64,000 bases of DNA from Perna viridis. Its lineage: Eukaryota. Location of the stretch: NCBI GenBank assembly GCA_037379345.1, contig CM074519.1:26996103-27060102 (forward strand), written 5' to 3'. The notes under the pieces are model-generated. The model searched no databases and was not told where the DNA came from. It saw only the letters and a program-made list of their open reading frames with translations. Below are positions 60,664 through 64,000 of this stretch, in pieces. Each line of letters begins with the position of its first letter. The first letter of the stretch is position 1. A program made the translations under genes and the position numbers.

Positions 60664-63600
60664 ACAGAAACAATGATATTCTCTATATTAAACTAACGAA
60701 ATAGAATGTATTCGATTAAATCAGAAATTATTGCAATGGTTTATAATTGAAAAACAATGCGACTTTGATAACTAAAATCAAAATTATGAAATTGAGTCGT
60801 TCACATATACCAATAGAAGTTACAGGATTGGTTCACTAGATGTGCTTATCAGTTGTCTTTGGATTTGTTTAAACTAGCTTACAGAAAAAACGAGTACTCT
60901 TTCGTGGTAGGTGAAGACTATTGTCCTTTTTCCTAATTATCCTATTTGTTAAGGTGTTTGTTTTCTTCATTGATCGCAAGAGACTTTTATAGTCCGTTTA
61001 TAGTCCAGTGGTTGTCATTGTTTCTTTATGTTAATTGTTAATTGTTTTACGTTTTTTGCTCTTTAGATAAGGTCATTTTTTGCCTATTATGAATAGCTTG
61101 CTTGATGGTTTTGCCCATCATATAAAGCCGTGTTGTGACCTGTAGAAGTTTAATTGTTCCTTGCTTGGATTACTATTTCATTGACAATCATACCACATTT
61201 CCTATTTTTTATAAATAAATAGTCATAAATTATGAATATAATGAAACAAGAAGGTTCCTATATAATCAAGATGTATAGTTTTCAAATTCAATTAAACTGT
61301 AGAATTCCAATTCTGATTTTTTTCATTACATTTACATTATTCCGTCTGTCTTAATATGATGTATTTAAATATTATGATCACTAACGTAGATCGAAGCTTT
61401 AGTAACAAGATAGTCTTATAACGATTTTGATGTCAGTTGATCTAAAGGTAATACAACAATGTATTTTAACAGCCTTCTTTATTGTGTAGGTAATGGATTC
61501 GATTACAAGAATGGAATGGGTTTTACTACAAAAGACATAGACAATGACAAGTCAAATGGTCAATGTGCACAAGACAGGGTCGGTGCATGGTGGTATAAAG
61601 CCTGTACAACCATCAATCTAAATGGGCAATATTTTGTGAAAACACCGGATAAGGTTTACAGGGGTATATCATGGGCACCGTGGAAAACGTTTTCAGTTTC
61701 TTTGAAAGCAACAACTATGATGATACGTCGCGCATCAGATCTAACAAGCCTTTCACTACGTCCAACTGGAAACCTGAAAACTTTATTTCGAGTACACCAA
61801 AGAAGCTCTTGATATCTAAACAATGATGATTTTATATTTTATTAAAGTTCCATTTACACTGCAAAAGTATATTTTTATAAAATATCATTCCTTTTGGTTG
61901 CTCGATTTTCTCAAATACAATATAATGATATAGATTTAACAATGTTCATTGCAAAATCAATACGGTAAACCAAAGCATTGTTTCCAAAACCAAATCAAAA
62001 CATCATTTGTAATTTTAAAATAACTGGCTGTAGAACTAAGTGGGCATGATATTTATGTTTATGTAGTGCAAGGCAATAAAGTTACTTTATGAAAGTATCT
62101 TAATAACAACTTAAAAAGTTAACAAGTCAGAAAGTTTATAGTTTTAGAAAAAAATATATTTTGGCAATCATTGAAAATCCGTTTTACTATTGAAATGGCG
62201 CAAATGCAATTAGTGTCATCCTACAGTCGTTTCATAATGAGAGAAATTTCGTGTTTTTTTTTTTTTTGTATTAAAGGAGGAATCTAAGTCTTCTCGATCT
62301 TTGTCAAGCCAGGAAGAGAAGACAATTAAAACGTCTTTAACCCTACAAAATGAGAACATTTTATTACAGTTGACGAAGGTGTCAGTTTTCTCTCCATTCT
62401 GCAATAATTTAATTTCCGTTCCAAAAATAAATCTGTGCAGCAAACAGATGCAGAAAGCTCCGTCGTAGTAGATTGTTACTGTAATATCATTACAAAAGGA
62501 TTGTTCCCCTCGACACTTAACAGTATGATATCTATTTAAATGGGTACACGTTTCTATTTTGTAATTGTATATAGGGTTTCTTTTTACATGTTCAAAGCAA
62601 ATCATATGGTTATATTTTGACATGGAATACTTTTGCACATATAAACATTAGTTTTTAACTTTTAATTGTTAAGATAACATATCTAATTTATGTAGGAATA
62701 AATGCCACTACCAAACCAAATTAATGGTTTGTAAGCCATTTCATAATGAAATTCATCATAAAAGTAATATAAACAATACTCGATAATCTGCAATCAATTT
62801 AACAAAAAAAAATCGTAAGAGTGAAATTGATGGTATTCCATAATATGACGTCCTAACTCATAAGTTTATGGTATTATAATCTAAAAACGTTTACAGTTAT
62901 GATTTATGTAGACAAATAACATTGAAATAATATGTAATTCCCCGTAATTCTCCGTACCCCTACCCTTTTTATCCAAGCGTATATCTTAAAACAATGAAAG
63001 GTATAAGATTAAAGATAAATATATAGTACTGAGCTCTTCTTTTAACTTCCAATTTTATCTAAATGTAAACGAAATATTGTTTACAATATCGTAATATTAA
63101 ATATTTTTACTATTGTTATTACAAGTTGCTGTCCCACATAACTTTGGGCGTAATGGACCATGAGTAAGTAGTTTAAGCTTAAAAACGGAGTGTACCTGAA
63201 TAATCAGAAAAAAAAACATGAAATAGTTTTTAAATTATTTTATTCAATGAATCAAATAATTCAATACAAATTGAACAATTAAGCGATAATTCCCTATTGA
63301 TAGATGAGATCCTTTGAAATTGGTTGATGTACAATACAGTCGTATTTTATTGGAAAAAACCCTTTTTTTCTAAAATCTGGTCTTCGGGGTAACTAAATTT
63401 GACGGTAGCACGCTTCCTTGGAATGATTATTGGGTCCTTACATATGAAGTTGATAGGTTGTCAAATAACAGTTTCAATAGTAACGTCAATCTTCACGACT
63501 GATTTCATTTTATGTTTCACGAGACACCTTTTAGGTCTCAGTATCGTATAGATTTCTCCATTGGCTCTAATGCTAACTGTACATGTTTCAAATTTTTTTT

Positions 63601-64000
63601 AAAAATTGAAAAGTTGATTCAAATAAACTTTCATACATATATCATGTTTCAAGAAATGTTCAAATTTGATTTTAACTTAAAAAACCTAGACCAGTCCACG
63701 AAGATTGGAAAATCATCAAACCTTGAAGTCAAGAGCACATGTTTTCTACTTTCACTTTGGTGTTGTTGTTGTGCTGCAGTACTCCCTATCAACTAGATAT
63801 CCTTCCTCTTTCCTGTCTTTGAATCTGTAAATAAAAATCACACATTTTTTCTACTTGGATACATCTTTAAATATGGCCAAAATTCAAGTTCAAAATTAAA
63901 TGCAGCTGTTTAAAAAAAAATAAGAAAAAAAAGGAACTCTATTTTATTAGCCTCCATGTTTTGACGTACACCCGCTCAAGAATATCAATACGATACTGGT

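Larger units (their letters stand above)
55275..61812 (+). pseudogene. Fibrinogen-related domain (FReD; ficolin/tachylectin-like) gene, probably frameshifted
   Basis: Exons 55275-55360 (tentative); 56453-56580 (PIDC..SGVY..VYSEM..GGGWT); 58532-58614 (IIQRR.NG..DFYRDW..YKNGFGD, deletion before WLG); 59076-59240 (GNKHI..LT..YELRFDL.DW); 61490-61812 (NGMGFTTKD.DND..CA...GAWWYKAC..NLNG...MMIR). Confidence 0.8.

Noticed and set aside
62216-63796. ORFs 62216-62638 and 63512-63796 (also 40299-40751)
   Set aside because: AT-rich composition, no recognisable domains and no convincing exon structure.

Overview
AT-rich, intron-rich animal genomic DNA. The repeat families and lectin repertoire suggest a bivalve mollusc (inference). 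Host genes: an intact 6-exon type II membrane collectin-like gene (TM + collagen + QPD/WND C-type lectin, 12349-19087 +); UQCR10/QCR9 (41359-38290 -); a single-CRD galectin (45755-47433 +); a probably frameshifted fibrinogen-related (FReD) gene (55275-61812 +); and several decayed collectin paralogs. The most notable feature is a GC-rich, 7,587-bp endogenous Polinton/Maverick (adintovirus-like) element at 22502-30088. It has AGTAGT...ACTACT termini, 127/144-bp TIRs and a perfect 6-bp TSD (ACCATA), and it sits inside a dead Penelope-like RT ORF. It retains remnants of pPolB (with OTU-like, Zn-finger and endonuclease VII modules), an adenain protease (absent from the ORF track), a fiber-like protein, an integrase-chromodomain, major and minor capsids, a pX-like core protein and a gasdermin-X-like protein. 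Every recognisable gene is broken, mostly by deletions, and no packaging ATPase is visible. Four structural genes share an ATA(G/A)ATAAATGGA start motif. The rest is Penelope-like fragments, a SINE-like family, a tRNA-derived foldback repeat, a Helentron-type element and MITEs. All calls come from reading the sequence by eye; no database searches were run.
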